Source of the DNA: a virus
Lineage: Duplodnaviria; Heunggongvirae; Uroviricota; Caudoviricetes
IMG/VR virus record: IMGVR_UViG_2541047899_000011
DNA: 35,999 nucleotides
Reading direction: 5' to 3' (one strand)
Both the position numbers and the translations under genes were made by a program. The notes below the pieces were generated by a model. It ran no database searches, was not told where the DNA came from, and was given only the letters and a program-made list of their open reading frames with translations. Below, in pieces: positions 24,356-35,420 of the stretch (position 1 is the stretch's first letter; each line of letters opens with the position of its first letter).

Positions 24356-26618
24356 TTTCAAAGTTGGCATGACCCTGACTGCGAAGGACGAAGCCTCGCA
24401 GGTTCTGGAAAAGGGACAAAAACAGGTTATCAAAGCCACCGAAGGTGTAACAAAGGCAACCCGGAAGGCAGGCGCAGAGCAGAAGCGTACCGGGCAGGAA
24501 AGCATTAACAGCACGAAAAAGGCCGCAAAAGAGATACAGCGTGCCGCCCGTGCCCGGGAAACGCTCGGTATTCGTGCAGAACGCGAGATCCGGCGTGAAA
24601 TTTATCTGACGGTTGCCAGTTATAACCGTCTGGCCCGCGCCGGTTTTGAATCTGCGCAGGAGCAGGAGCGCGCCATGCAGGCCACCCGGGAAAAAGCCCG
24701 GGCACTCAAGCGTGAACTGGATGGCGTTACTCAGGCTCAGATGAAGATGGCGAAAACGCCTGTTATCCCTGAACGGGGGCGTTTTGCCCGTGCGGCTGCA
24801 TTTGGCGGGAATGCCGTGACAATAGGCGGTGGTATTGCAGCAGGTGCTGCCATTATGGCGCAGCCGGTCAAAAAGCAGATGAGCTACGAACGCCAGCTGG
24901 CAATGATGGCCAATACCGCCTTCAGTGATGGCGGTCTGGAGGGGCGCAGGGCTGGTCTTGAGCAGATGAAAAGCAGCATCCGTAACGCGGTGACCTATGG
25001 CGGCGGTACGAAAGAAGACGCAGCCGAAACGCTGGATGCCCTGCTGAAAGATGGCGGTATTTCATTTGAAACAGCCAGTAAGTGGCTGCCTGAACTGATG
25101 AAATACGCCACGGCTTCCGGTGCATCAGCGACAGACCTGGCTAATGTGATGCTTAAGGGTAAAAAGACCTTTGGATTCAGGGATGAAGATATTTCCACCG
25201 TTCTGAATATGGCGATTGCGGCAGGAAAAGAAGGCAGCTTTGAACTGAACGATATGGCCCGCTGGTTATCCCAACAAATGGGATCTGCGTCAGCTGCGGG
25301 AATGAAAGGCAAGGATGATTTCGTCAAGATTCTTGCACTGAATGAAGCCGCCGCCATCACGGCGGGAAGCAGTGATGAAGCAGGGAATAACGTGGTTAAC
25401 CTGCTGGCCAAACTGACCAGCCATGATATTGAAACTGCGGCAAAGAGCATTGATTACAACGGTAAAGGGATTGATTTTTCAGGTACGCTGACTGAAGCGC
25501 GCAAGCATGGACTGGATCCGATAGACGCGCTTTCCAGCCTGATAGATAAAATCGTTGCCAACGATAAACGCTATCAGGAGTTGCAAAAGAAACTGTCATC
25601 TGCCCGGGATAAAGGTGAACAGACGGCTGTTTACGATTCGATGGCAAAACTCCTTGAAGGCTTTGGTGTCGGGAAACTGGTTGCAGACCGTCAGGCGTTG
25701 ATGGCGTTGTTAGCCTACCGTAACAACCCGGAATACCGTAAGAAGGTTGAAGACGCGATTAATCAGCAACGTACCCTGCCGGAAGGCCAGCGCGCGGGGG
25801 ATGTTGATTTCAGATTCATATCCGGCCTCAATGACTTTAAAACCGAACAGGCTAAAAACACGCTTGAATTTTCACAAATGGACAGCGTGAAAAAGCTGGC
25901 TGATGCGTCCGGTGCTGTGGCCGATGCCATAAGCTGGGCGGGTGAAAAGTTCCCGGGACTGACCACGGCAGTGGTGGGTGCCACGACCGCCATTGAAGCG
26001 ATGACCGCAGCGGCCCTGACATGGGCCGGGATCAAAATCCTGACCGGGGGTAAACCCGGTGGCAAGGCTGGCGAGGTTGTCGGTGATGTCATTGAAAACA
26101 CGGTCAAAAAAGGCAAAGGATTTAAATTCCCCGGCATCGCCGGTGGCCTGCTTTCTTTCGGTGGCACCGTTACGGCACTGGCCACCGCAACCAGCCCGGA
26201 AGAAGACGCCGCCGTCGAAGGAAGCGAAGAACGCTGGAAACGCATCCGCGCCCGATATCCCCAGGAAATCATCGACGCCGCCCGCAAAAAATACCAGCCG
26301 TGGTGGCAGTTTGGGGAAGGCTATTCCACCGAAAACGAAGAATGGTTGAGGCGCTGGGAGGAAGACAGGAAAAAAGCCGCAGCTGATGCCCTGCCATCAC
26401 CGGCGCAGGTCAACAAAGCCGCCGGAAACACAACGCCTGAATCAGCATCAACGCAACCCGGACGCATCACCCAGCCGGAATACCTCACGCACTGGGGACC
26501 ACCTGCCAGCCCCATTAATTTCACCACACAACTGGTGCTCGATGGTCAGGTCGTGGCGGAAGCGGTGAATAAATACAACCTTCAGGACGGCAACAGAGGC
26601 ACGGGAGGAACTTACTGA
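24345..26618 (+). CDS. tail tape measure protein
   Basis: 757 aa, Ala/Gly-rich helical protein after the chaperone pair. Confidence 0.85.
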   Translation: MAGNFKVGMTLTAKDEASQVLEKGQKQVIKATEGVTKATRKAGAEQKRTGQESINSTKKAAKEIQRAARARETLGIRAEREIRREIYLTVASYNRLARAGFESAQEQERAMQATREKARALKRELDGVTQAQMKMAKTPVIPERGRFARAAAFGGNAVTIGGGIAAGAAIMAQPVKKQMSYERQLAMMANTAFSDGGLEGRRAGLEQMKSSIRNAVTYGGGTKEDAAETLDALLKDGGISFETASKWLPELMKYATASGASATDLANVMLKGKKTFGFRDEDISTVLNMAIAAGKEGSFELNDMARWLSQQMGSASAAGMKGKDDFVKILALNEAAAITAGSSDEAGNNVVNLLAKLTSHDIETAAKSIDYNGKGIDFSGTLTEARKHGLDPIDALSSLIDKIVANDKRYQELQKKLSSARDKGEQTAVYDSMAKLLEGFGVGKLVADRQALMALLAYRNNPEYRKKVEDAINQQRTLPEGQRAGDVDFRFISGLNDFKTEQAKNTLEFSQMDSVKKLADASGAVADAISWAGEKFPGLTTAVVGATTAIEAMTAAALTWAGIKILTGGKPGGKAGEVVGDVIENTVKKGKGFKFPGIAGGLLSFGGTVTALATATSPEEDAAVEGSEERWKRIRARYPQEIIDAARKKYQPWWQFGEGYSTENEEWLRRWEEDRKKAAADALPSPAQVNKAAGNTTPESASTQPGRITQPEYLTHWGPPASPINFTTQLVLDGQVVAEAVNKYNLQDGNRGTGGTY

Positions 26619-27967
26619 TGGGCTGGGCTGAAAACCTGCAAAACGCCTCCTTTCGTGGCGTGCAGTTTGATGTACTGAACACGGATGAACAAATTAGCCG
26701 CGACCATGCGGTCTATGAATACCCGTTTGTTGACGGGGCGGATTTGCACGACCTCGGGCGCAAGGCGCGACCGTTCCGCATGACGGCGTTCCTGTGGGGG
26801 GAGTATTACGAATATAAACTCGAAAAGCTGATCGCCGCCCTGGACGAAGGCGGCGATGGTGAGCTGATTCACCCGGTTTACGGCTCCGTACCATCGGTGA
26901 TTGTGACCGGCTACAGCATCCGCCATGACGCAGAAAGCCCGGACAGCTGCACCATCGACATGAGTTTTCTGGAGAACCGCACCGGCAGCGCGTTGTTCAG
27001 CACCCCGTTACCGGAGCTGTTTGCACAGCAGTTATTTGAAGAACTGGATAAGTTACTGGCACAGTTAAGCGAATTATTTGACGCTGTTACGGCCCCTTTA
27101 AAGACCATTAACAGCGTGATTAAAAAAATCCAGACAGTGCGCGCCACACTGGTAAATACCCTGCTGACGTTCAAAAGCGATTTTCTCTCATCCATCGACA
27201 ATATGATGTCGCTGGCCAGCGAACCCGGGAAATTTATTGGCGGGCTGGCAGAGGTGCTGGAAATCCACACGTCAGATGTCGGGCACGCGGTGCCGGTGCT
27301 GGAGCGTACTGATTCCGCCACCACGACCGGACTGACCGGGGAAGACAGCGTCGCCAGTTCTGCGACAGTGATGACCTGCTGGAATGAGGTGATGGCAGAT
27401 ATGGATGAGCTGGTCGCGCTGCCGGTCGCACTGGTCAGCGGTGATAAAACGCCGTCTGTGGCACTTCCGCCGGATGCGTCCGTGGAAGACGTGCAGGACG
27501 TGAAAGCGGCTTATGCGGTTCTGGCGGCCTCAGAGCTGGCCAGCGTGGCGACAGCGATACTGTCCGATGAAGCCCAGTCAGAACAGCTTATACCGGCGGA
27601 TATCGGGCGACTGGTCGGGGATGTGCGCACCCGCTTACAGGCAACTATCACGCTGTTCCGTGAACGCTATGAAGGCGAACGCGAACGGATAACCGAAACC
27701 GCATCACCGCTGGGGCTGATGTACCCGGAAATCATTCAGAGCATGAAGAACGTGGCGGCATCCGTGCAGGATGTCGGTCTGCTGGTTCTGTCACGCCGCC
27801 CACCGCTGACGCAGAAACAGGTGCAGGCGGACAGCTGTCTGCTGTTGCTGGCGTGGCAGTGGTACGGTGATTACAGCCGTGCGGCAGAGCTGCAACGTCT
27901 GAACCCGCAGCTGCGTGACCCGAACAACATAACCGCCGGGATGGTGATTAATGCCTATGCAAAATAA
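26618..27967 (+). CDS. DNA circularisation protein N-like tail protein
   Basis: 449 aa; resembles the Mu N family; conserved position after the tape measure. Confidence 0.75.
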   Translation: MGWAENLQNASFRGVQFDVLNTDEQISRDHAVYEYPFVDGADLHDLGRKARPFRMTAFLWGEYYEYKLEKLIAALDEGGDGELIHPVYGSVPSVIVTGYSIRHDAESPDSCTIDMSFLENRTGSALFSTPLPELFAQQLFEELDKLLAQLSELFDAVTAPLKTINSVIKKIQTVRATLVNTLLTFKSDFLSSIDNMMSLASEPGKFIGGLAEVLEIHTSDVGHAVPVLERTDSATTTGLTGEDSVASSATVMTCWNEVMADMDELVALPVALVSGDKTPSVALPPDASVEDVQDVKAAYAVLAASELASVATAILSDEAQSEQLIPADIGRLVGDVRTRLQATITLFRERYEGERERITETASPLGLMYPEIIQSMKNVAASVQDVGLLVLSRRPPLTQKQVQADSCLLLLAWQWYGDYSRAAELQRLNPQLRDPNNITAGMVINAYAK

Positions 27968-29162
27968 CGACGACAAAATCAGCCTGGTCATTGCCGGAAG
28001 GTCGCATTCTGACTGGAGCAGTTATCGTATTGACAGCGATTTCCTGAAAGCCGCCGACGGCTGGCAGCTTCAGCTGGGACTGCCTGAAAAGGTGTTCCCG
28101 GCGGATATCGTCCGGGGTGCGCCGGTCCGTTTGCAGGTGGGAGACGAGACGGTGCTCAGTGGGCGCGTGGACAGCGTGCGCCGCAGTGTATCCCGTCAGA
28201 GCTGCACGCTGACCCTGTCCGGGCGTGATGATGCCGCCATTCTGGTGGACTGTGCCGCGCCGGTGTTCAGCGCCAATCAGCTGACGCTGGACGAGGTCAT
28301 CGACAGGATTGTCAGACCGCTGGGGATACAGCGCATCCGTATTCAGGCGTCCGGTGTGTCACGTAATGACAAGGTCGTTATAGAGCCGGGGATGCGTGCG
28401 TGGGATGCACTGGCTAAAGCTGCCGCCGGTCGCGGCTTATGGCCGTGGTTTGAGCCTGACGGGACGCTGGTTGTGGGTGGCCCTGACTACACCACCACGC
28501 CGGTGGATACACTGATTATGAAGCTGGACGGCACCGGGAACAACGTGATGGAGCTGGACGATACCCGGTCCATTAACGGCTGTTTCTCCGAGCTGACGGT
28601 GCTGGCCCAGAGCCACGCCCGCCGCGCAGACAGCAAGAAACAGGTGGCCGTGGTGCCGCTGGATATCTGGAACGAGGACGGCAGCGTGCGCACATTATCC
28701 GGGCAGGACAGCGGTAATACAGGCAGTGGTCAGACAGGCATTCATAACATGAAAGCCGTGGCCACCGACCCCACCGTGGATTATTACCGCCCGCAGATAA
28801 TCACCCAGGGCGACACCAGCAACATGGAGCAGGTGAACTGGCGCGCCAAAAAAATGATGAGTGATGCCCGCCTGTCGGGGCTGGATATCGTCGCACTGGT
28901 TGCAGGCCATCGCACGGCGGACGGTGTCCTGTGGCAGCCCGGCCAGCGTGTGCGGATTGTCAGCGAACCCCACGGCATCGATGCCATCTTTTTTCTGATG
29001 GGGCGTGAGTTCAGCGGAGGCCGGAGCGGGCAGACAACCCGGCTCCGCTTTAAGGAGGATGGCGTGTGGATACCTGATGCCTTCCCGCGCGAGAAGAAAC
29101 GCCATCACCGCAGGGGCAAAAAGAAAAAAGAGGTCGCCATTGTTAAGGTCTGGGAGAAATGA
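27951..29162 (+). CDS. tail/baseplate hub protein (Mu P-like)
   Basis: 403 aa; Mu P-like by order and sequence. Confidence 0.75.
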   Translation: MPMQNNDDKISLVIAGRSHSDWSSYRIDSDFLKAADGWQLQLGLPEKVFPADIVRGAPVRLQVGDETVLSGRVDSVRRSVSRQSCTLTLSGRDDAAILVDCAAPVFSANQLTLDEVIDRIVRPLGIQRIRIQASGVSRNDKVVIEPGMRAWDALAKAAAGRGLWPWFEPDGTLVVGGPDYTTTPVDTLIMKLDGTGNNVMELDDTRSINGCFSELTVLAQSHARRADSKKQVAVVPLDIWNEDGSVRTLSGQDSGNTGSGQTGIHNMKAVATDPTVDYYRPQIITQGDTSNMEQVNWRAKKMMSDARLSGLDIVALVAGHRTADGVLWQPGQRVRIVSEPHGIDAIFFLMGREFSGGRSGQTTRLRFKEDGVWIPDAFPREKKRHHRRGKKKKEVAIVKVWEK

Positions 29163-29812
29163 TGTGGGACAAGGTTAATCAGCGCATACAGCAGGCACTG
29201 GCCGCCGTTCGCCAGGCATTCAGGGTGGTGACCGGTACGGTAGACAGTTCTACCAAAGTACAGCTACTTCAGCTGAACGGGCTGGCAGGCGAACAGCTGG
29301 ACGGTGCGGAGTATTTCCAGCATTACGGCCTCACCACATCCCCGCCGCCCGGCTCAATGGGTATTGCCGTTCCGCTGAACGGTAATACCTCCCATACCGT
29401 CGTCGTGGCCACAGAGCACGGCGCATATCGCCTGACGGAACTGAAACCCGGCGAGGTGGCCCTGTATACCGACGAAGGCGCGAAAATCGTACTGAAGCGC
29501 GGGCGGATTGTTGAAACCGAATGTGACGTTTACCGGGTGAAATGCAAACGCTATGAGGTTGAGGCAGAGGAGAACGCCGCATTCACGACACCGTTACTGA
29601 CGGCCAGCGATAAGCTGACGGTGGAAGGTAAAATCACCGGCAACGGTGGCATGGCCATCAGTGGGGGCAAGAAATACGCCGCCACCTTTGAAGGCAACAT
29701 CAACCATGTGGGTGGTGTGATTACCTCCGTTGACGTCACCATTAATGGCGTTAAAATCGGAACGCACAAACACCCGACCCCACACGGCATGTCTGACACG
29801 CCGGTTAATTAA
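29159..29812 (+). CDS. baseplate assembly protein V / spike (Mu gp45-like)
   Basis: 217 aa; gpV-like N-terminal region. Confidence 0.75.
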   Translation: MMWDKVNQRIQQALAAVRQAFRVVTGTVDSSTKVQLLQLNGLAGEQLDGAEYFQHYGLTTSPPPGSMGIAVPLNGNTSHTVVVATEHGAYRLTELKPGEVALYTDEGAKIVLKRGRIVETECDVYRVKCKRYEVEAEENAAFTTPLLTASDKLTVEGKITGNGGMAISGGKKYAATFEGNINHVGGVITSVDVTINGVKIGTHKHPTPHGMSDTPVN

Positions 29813-29828
29813 GTGCTGAACACCCTCA
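29811..29828 (+). promoter_or_regulatory. late-leader motif copy 3 (AAGTGCTGAACACCCTCA), upstream of gp46-like baseplate gene
   Basis: Begins 1 nt after the gp45-like stop; about 45 nt upstream of the next start codon. Confidence 0.4.
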
Positions 29829-29865
29829 CCTGATTCTGACCTGCCCATGCTGCCAGACTGGCGGC

Positions 29866-30216
29866 ATGGACCAGACGATTTCACCTGCAACCGGCGACTA
29901 CGAACGCCGCCGGATTTATACACTCCATAACGCGGTTTATCTGCGACTGGCGACACCGCTTGGCAGTTACTGGGCGGATGCGTCGCTGGGGTCACGCCTG
30001 CACGAACTGAAGCGGGAAAAAGACGTTTCCCGTGTTCACAGGCTGGCGGCGCAGTATGCCAGCCAGGCACTTCAGCCCCTGCTTGATGACGGGCGGGCAA
30101 AATCCATTACCGTTGACACGAAAGCGGGCCAGCGCGGCTGGCTGTTGCTGTTAATCACCGTCACGGATAACGCGGGCACACCGCAGACGTTTGAACACCC
30201 TGTGAGGATTATGTAA
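29866..30216 (+). CDS. baseplate protein (Mu gp46-like, GPW/gp25 fold family)
   Basis: 116 aa preceding the J-like baseplate protein. Confidence 0.7.
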   Translation: MDQTISPATGDYERRRIYTLHNAVYLRLATPLGSYWADASLGSRLHELKREKDVSRVHRLAAQYASQALQPLLDDGRAKSITVDTKAGQRGWLLLLITVTDNAGTPQTFEHPVRIM

Positions 30217-31295
30217 TGCCGTTTCCTGTTCCGGGCGTTGCTGAAAACACAGAACGCCAGCTACGTGATATCGCTAACGCTCTGCCGGGAGAAACCATCG
30301 ACACCGGCGCTGACAGCGACTACCGCATTCGTGCAAATGCTGTATCCGGCGTGGCGGAGGGGCTTTTTATGCATCAGGGATGGATCCTCCGTCAGGTGTT
30401 TCCTGACACGGCAGACCCTGAATATCTGGAGCTGCACTGCCGCACGCGCAATGTTTTTCGTAAAAAAGCAACGGCCTCATCCGGTCAGGCAGTGATTACC
30501 GGCACACCCGGTAAGACGCTGCCAGCCGGTGCGGAAATTCGTGGTGAAGGTGTCAGCGTGGCCACCACAGCAGACTGCACCATCGGTGATGAAGGCAGCG
30601 CAGAGGTGACGGTAAAAAGCACCGCTACGGGGGCACAGACGAACGCATCCGCGACGCAGACGGCAACGCTGGTCAGTCCGCCGGAAGGCATCAACAGCAC
30701 GGTGACGATTAAATCCCTGACCGGCGGAACGGACAGGGAAAGCGACGCTGACCTGCTGGCGCGTTATCTGGATATTCTGCGCAGGCCGCCCGCTGGCGGT
30801 AATAAATATGATTACAAACGCTGGGCGCTGGAAGTGGATGGCGTTACGTCTGCATATGTGGAGCCATTGCGCAGAGGGAAAGGTACTGTTGATGTGGCTA
30901 TTACGTCAGCCAATGACCTCCCCTCGCAGGAACTGATCAATGCCGTGCTGGCACATATTGAGGAAGTCCGCCCGGTTACAGCGAAGGACACGATGGTGCT
31001 GGCACCGACGAAAAAAGCCGTTGATTTCGTTGTCCGGGTAAAAACCAGCGGCCTGACCGTTGAGCAGATAAAACCGCAGATAACTGACGTTATCACGGAT
31101 TTTATGAACCGACTGGAGCCGGGGCAGGAATTAATTATTTCACAACTGGAAACCCAGATTTCACTCATTTCCGGTGTGAGTGACAGAAAAATAATCACGC
31201 CTGACGGGAATGTAAAAGCCGTGATTAATGCGTCAACGTGGGAATGGCTGCGCCCCGGAAATATTGATATTCAGCCTTTTCCGCGTGAGGGGTGA
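30216..31295 (+). CDS. baseplate J-like protein (Mu gp47-like)
   Basis: 359 aa; baseplate J family by sequence and order. Confidence 0.8.
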   Translation: MPFPVPGVAENTERQLRDIANALPGETIDTGADSDYRIRANAVSGVAEGLFMHQGWILRQVFPDTADPEYLELHCRTRNVFRKKATASSGQAVITGTPGKTLPAGAEIRGEGVSVATTADCTIGDEGSAEVTVKSTATGAQTNASATQTATLVSPPEGINSTVTIKSLTGGTDRESDADLLARYLDILRRPPAGGNKYDYKRWALEVDGVTSAYVEPLRRGKGTVDVAITSANDLPSQELINAVLAHIEEVRPVTAKDTMVLAPTKKAVDFVVRVKTSGLTVEQIKPQITDVITDFMNRLEPGQELIISQLETQISLISGVSDRKIITPDGNVKAVINASTWEWLRPGNIDIQPFPREG

Positions 31296-31298
31296 TTC

Positions 31299-31871
31299 AT
31301 GAATATGGTCGATTTATTTCGCGCCATGCTGCCGCCGGTCAGTTATGACCTGAACGGGAAATATATTTCCGCGGAGCTGACAGCCGAGGCTAACGTCATG
31401 GAGGCCGTGAAGGCCTCAGCAGCGCGCGTTCTGGCACAAATCACCCCGTTGCAGGCATCGATGACGCTGTCCGACTGGGAGCGCGTGTACGGTGTTGTCC
31501 CCCGTGAAGGGGCAACCCAACAGGAGCGGCGGCAGAACATCCTGGTAAAAATGGCGGCAACGGGCGGGCTGTCCATTCCCTATTTTAAAAATCTGGCCGC
31601 AAGCCTGGGATACACCATAACGATAACCGAACCACGAGCCTTTCGCACCGGGGTAAATCGTTGCGGTGACCGTCTGTTTATCCCTGAAATGCGCTGGGTA
31701 TGGCAGGTCAATGTTATTGGTGCAAAAACGCCGGTATACCGTTTCAGAACGGGCGCATCTGCAACAGGTGAGCCGCTGACGGCCTTTGGTGAATCCATTT
31801 TAGAAAATACCTTTAAAGACCTTAAACCGGCTTTTACAGACTGTTATTTCACGTATGAGGATAAGCAGTAA
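31299..31871 (+). CDS. tail protein (Mu gp48-like, DUF2313)
   Basis: 190 aa between the baseplate J and fibre genes. Confidence 0.7.
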   Translation: MNMVDLFRAMLPPVSYDLNGKYISAELTAEANVMEAVKASAARVLAQITPLQASMTLSDWERVYGVVPREGATQQERRQNILVKMAATGGLSIPYFKNLAASLGYTITITEPRAFRTGVNRCGDRLFIPEMRWVWQVNVIGAKTPVYRFRTGASATGEPLTAFGESILENTFKDLKPAFTDCYFTYEDKQ

Positions 31872-32905
31872 TGCAGAATTTAATGCCTCCGGTGAATACG
31901 CCGGATCAATTGTTTCACGATGGTGACCCCACTCAGGGCATTGAGGGCACTATTGTTTATGCTGAACACATGAATAATCAGCAGGGAGCCATTCGTGACC
32001 TGCAACAGGAACTTATTAATTTGCTCCGTGCGGCTGATATATCACCGGACCCGAAGAAACAAAATCAACTGGTTGATGCTATATCGCAATATGTCGGGAA
32101 AAAAGTTCCTGACGCATCATTAACGAAGAAGGGCATCGTTCAGCTCAGTAGCGCAACAGACAGTGATTCAGAAACGGAAGCAGCCACACCAAAGGCAGTA
32201 AAATCACTGGCGGAAAAAATAACAGAATTGCAGGGAGTGGCTTTACCGGTAGGTACCCCAATACCGTGGCCGTCTGATTCAGTGCCACCCGGCTATGCCT
32301 TAATGCAGGGGCAGAGCTTTGATAAAGGCTCTTACCCTAAACTTGCAGCTGTCTACCCATCCGGGATTATCCCGGATATGCGGGGCTGGACAATCAAGGG
32401 TAAGCCTGCCAGTGGTCGTGCTGTATTGTCTCAGGAGCAGGACGGCATTAAATCACACGCCCACAGTGCCAGTGCATCCAGTACGGATTTGGGGACGAAA
32501 ACCACGTCGTCGTTTGATTATGGTACTAAGTCTTCAAATGCCACTGGTGACCATAACCACAACCGAGGCACTATGGAAATTACCGGTACTCTCGGTTACT
32601 TCAGAAGTGATAGCGGTAATTTCTATACAGCAAGTGGAGCATTTACACTGGGTGGCTCTGCGGCAGCCCATGGATTTACGGGTTCTAATTTTACTTATGG
32701 TGTTCCTGTAAACTTTAACGCTTCCAGAACCTGGTCTGGTGTCACAAACACTACAGGTAACCATGCGCACGCCGTTCCAATTGGTGCACATGCACACTCC
32801 GTTGCTATTGGTCCACACGGACACACCATCACCGTTAACGCTGCGGGCAATACGGAAAACACCGTCAAAAACATCGCATTTAACTATATTGTGAGGCTTG
32901 CATAA
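31871..32905 (+). CDS. tail fibre protein with tail-collar domain (Mu S / P2 H-like)
   Basis: 344 aa; conserved fibre box [24 protein letters not shown]; collar-like [30 protein letters not shown]; His-rich C-terminus. Confidence 0.85.
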   Translation: MQNLMPPVNTPDQLFHDGDPTQGIEGTIVYAEHMNNQQGAIRDLQQELINLLRAADISPDPKKQNQLVDAISQYVGKKVPDASLTKKGIVQLSSATDSDSETEAATPKAVKSLAEKITELQGVALPVGTPIPWPSDSVPPGYALMQGQSFDKGSYPKLAAVYPSGIIPDMRGWTIKGKPASGRAVLSQEQDGIKSHAHSASASSTDLGTKTTSSFDYGTKSSNATGDHNHNRGTMEITGTLGYFRSDSGNFYTASGAFTLGGSAAAHGFTGSNFTYGVPVNFNASRTWSGVTNTTGNHAHAVPIGAHAHSVAIGPHGHTITVNAAGNTENTVKNIAFNYIVRLA

Positions 32906-33480
32906 TGACTTTTAAAATGAGCGATAAAGCACGGACCATTCGTGTATTTAATTTTCTTGAAGATACAAAAGAATTTATCGGCAGTAGTGACGCTTATATA
33001 CCGCCTCATACCGGATTACCCGCAAACTGTACGGATATTGTACCGCCGGAAATCCCCGAAGGTTTTACAGCAATGTTTGATACTGCTGACAATTCATGGC
33101 GTCTGGTTGAAGACCATCGGGGGGAAACGGTTTATTCAACAGAAACCGGAAATGCAGTCCCGATATCTGAACTGGGGGAACTTCCTGAAAATGTCACATT
33201 TATTGCACCAGACGGAGAATACCAGCGCTGGGATGGCAGTCAGTGGGTGACGGATGAAGAGGCGAAGCGTGATGCGCTGATTAATCAGGCGGCAGAAAAG
33301 AAAACCAGCCTGCTGAAACAGACTGGAGAACAAATCGCAATCTTACAGGATGCTGTTGATTTTGGTGAAGCAACACCAGAGGAACAGGAGCAACTGACAG
33401 CCCTCAGAAAATTACGAATAAAGTTAAATCGTATTCAACCGGAAAATGCACCAGATATCGACTGGTCAGACTTTGAATAA
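32905..33480 (+). CDS. tail fibre assembly protein (Tfa-like)
   Basis: 191 aa; YIPPHTGLPANCTDIVPPEIPEGF and C-terminal APDIDWSDFE closely resemble the lambda Tfa / Mu U family. Confidence 0.85.
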   Translation: MTFKMSDKARTIRVFNFLEDTKEFIGSSDAYIPPHTGLPANCTDIVPPEIPEGFTAMFDTADNSWRLVEDHRGETVYSTETGNAVPISELGELPENVTFIAPDGEYQRWDGSQWVTDEEAKRDALINQAAEKKTSLLKQTGEQIAILQDAVDFGEATPEEQEQLTALRKLRIKLNRIQPENAPDIDWSDFE

Positions 33481-33488
33481 ATTCCACA

Positions 33489-33509
33489 GCCGCCAGCAGG
33501 CGGCTTTTT
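33489..33509 (+). terminator. intrinsic terminator between the first Tfa and the Stf-like gene
   Basis: GCCGCC agca GGCGGC followed by TTTTT. Confidence 0.65.
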
Positions 33510-33525
33510 ATCATTCAGAGGCTCT

Positions 33526-35406
33526 ATGTCTGTATTAATTTCAGGGGCGCTGATTAATGGCGCTGGCGTTCCGATGGCGGAATGCAAAATTTATTTAGAT
33601 GCACTGGTTAATACCAGTGAAGTGGTCACAGAATCATTTGCGGTTATTGAAACCGATGTAGCGGGACAGTATGCCTTTGAAGCACCAAAAGGCAAATACA
33701 CCGTACACATCAAGCAAAAGAACGGCCCTAAGTGCTGCGTGGGTGACATTTCGGTTTACGACGATTCAAAGCCCGGCACGCTGAACGACTTTCTGACTGC
33801 CCTTGATGAAAGCGATTTAAAGCCAGATGTAGTGAAACGCTTTGAGGAACTGGCGCAACAGGCACAGCAGAGCGCGGAAGCGGCAGCGGAAAGCGAGCAG
33901 GCATCAGACACTGCAAGGAGTGAAGCCATTAATGCAGCCAAAAATGCCCGTCTCCATCGGAATGCTGCATCTTCAGCGGCGACCAGTGCTGAGCAATCGG
34001 CAAATGTTGCACTGGGCCGCGAAAATAACGCTGCCGAATATGCCCGACAGGCTAAAGCCAGTCAGGATGCGAGCGCAGGCAATGCGCAGGAAGCGAAACA
34101 GCACAGGGACGAGGCGCAACGGATAGTTGATGACCTGAAGGGAAGCAATGCTTCCACAACAGAAAAAGGTCTGGTGCAACTCTGTAGTGATACAGACAAC
34201 GACAGCGAAGAACTGGCTGCCACACCAAAGGCTGTCAAAGCCGTCATGGACGAGACGAAAACAAAAGCGCCGCTGGACAGCCCGGCATTCACCGGCACGC
34301 CCACCACACCAACCCCACCGGACGATGCAGCCGGTCTGGAAACAGCGAACGCGGCATTTGTCCGCAAACTGCTCGCTGCGCTGGTTGGCTCGTCACCGGA
34401 AGCCCTGGACACGCTGAACGAACTGGCAGCGGCGCTGGGCCATGATCCGAACTTTGCGACAACGGTCACTAAAGCACTGGCAGGTAAACAGCCGCTTAAT
34501 GACGTGTTAACGGCGGTCAGCCAGATAACACCGGAAGAAAACACACTGCCTTATTTCAGTGCAGAGGGCCGGATTTTACTGGCGCAGCTGTCAGAAAAAG
34601 CCCGCGCATTACTGGCACTGGACACGCCTGAAGCCATGCGCACGGAGCTTGAACTGAAAGCGGCTGCGACGATGGAACCCCAGACCGATATCCGTGACCG
34701 CACACCCGGCAGGCTGGCGCTACCGGGCGCTTTTGGCTTTGGTAAGGCATTCAGTAACACAGAAGCCCTGGCATTTAACGGTCAGGCCGATTTTGCTGAA
34801 TGGCTGAAAGAGGCCACCCCGGGGCGTTATGCGGTCAGTATTGCGGACTCTTCCACACTACTGGCGGGCACCACGAAATTTAACGGCATCATTGATGTGA
34901 TGTGGTCCCCCTTTGATAACGACGAATCAGATGCAATACGCAAATTCAAAACGTTGCTGTGTTTTAACCAGTATTACGAAGGTGAGCACAGTATTCATCG
35001 CCTGACTTACCGCTGGAGTGGAAACAACTGGAATGCAACAGTAAGCCCCATTATTTACGACGGCGATTCGCTGGCGTTCCTGCTGTCCCGGACGGCGGGC
35101 AACGGCCCGTCCTCATATTACAAATATCCGGCAGTTGGCTCTCTTATTCTCGCTGTCTATCAGGGAACAGCGGCAGGAGATAAGGAAATAAAAATTGGCC
35201 TTGGGGATGTAGTGGCGGGGTCGCGACTTGGTCCTGTGGCTATCGACTGTGCAATTAATAATTCCGGGACATATGTTTCCACACCTTCAGTAAAGGCGGG
35301 TGGTGCTGGGGCATTCAGTTTTCCTGGTCGTTATCAGGCCCTGTCAGGTTATCGTGCAACGTATGGCGACAGAGGCTTTATCTGTTTGTTCGTGCGCATT
35401 GAGTAA
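33526..35406 (+). CDS. side tail fibre protein (lambda Stf-like)
   Basis: 626 aa; N-terminus ISGALINGAGVPMAECKIYL...VYDDSKPGTLNDFL matches the lambda Stf N-terminal domain; internal fibre box [24 protein letters not shown]. Confidence 0.8.
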   Translation: MSVLISGALINGAGVPMAECKIYLDALVNTSEVVTESFAVIETDVAGQYAFEAPKGKYTVHIKQKNGPKCCVGDISVYDDSKPGTLNDFLTALDESDLKPDVVKRFEELAQQAQQSAEAAAESEQASDTARSEAINAAKNARLHRNAASSAATSAEQSANVALGRENNAAEYARQAKASQDASAGNAQEAKQHRDEAQRIVDDLKGSNASTTEKGLVQLCSDTDNDSEELAATPKAVKAVMDETKTKAPLDSPAFTGTPTTPTPPDDAAGLETANAAFVRKLLAALVGSSPEALDTLNELAAALGHDPNFATTVTKALAGKQPLNDVLTAVSQITPEENTLPYFSAEGRILLAQLSEKARALLALDTPEAMRTELELKAAATMEPQTDIRDRTPGRLALPGAFGFGKAFSNTEALAFNGQADFAEWLKEATPGRYAVSIADSSTLLAGTTKFNGIIDVMWSPFDNDESDAIRKFKTLLCFNQYYEGEHSIHRLTYRWSGNNWNATVSPIIYDGDSLAFLLSRTAGNGPSSYYKYPAVGSLILAVYQGTAAGDKEIKIGLGDVVAGSRLGPVAIDCAINNSGTYVSTPSVKAGGAGAFSFPGRYQALSGYRATYGDRGFICLFVRIE

Positions 35407-35420
35407 CAAGGAGATAGAAC

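Noticed and set aside
25763-26287. 174-aa minus-strand ORF inside the tape measure gene
   Set aside because: Antisense to the tape measure gene; low-complexity Ala/Ser/Pro-rich translation; rejected.
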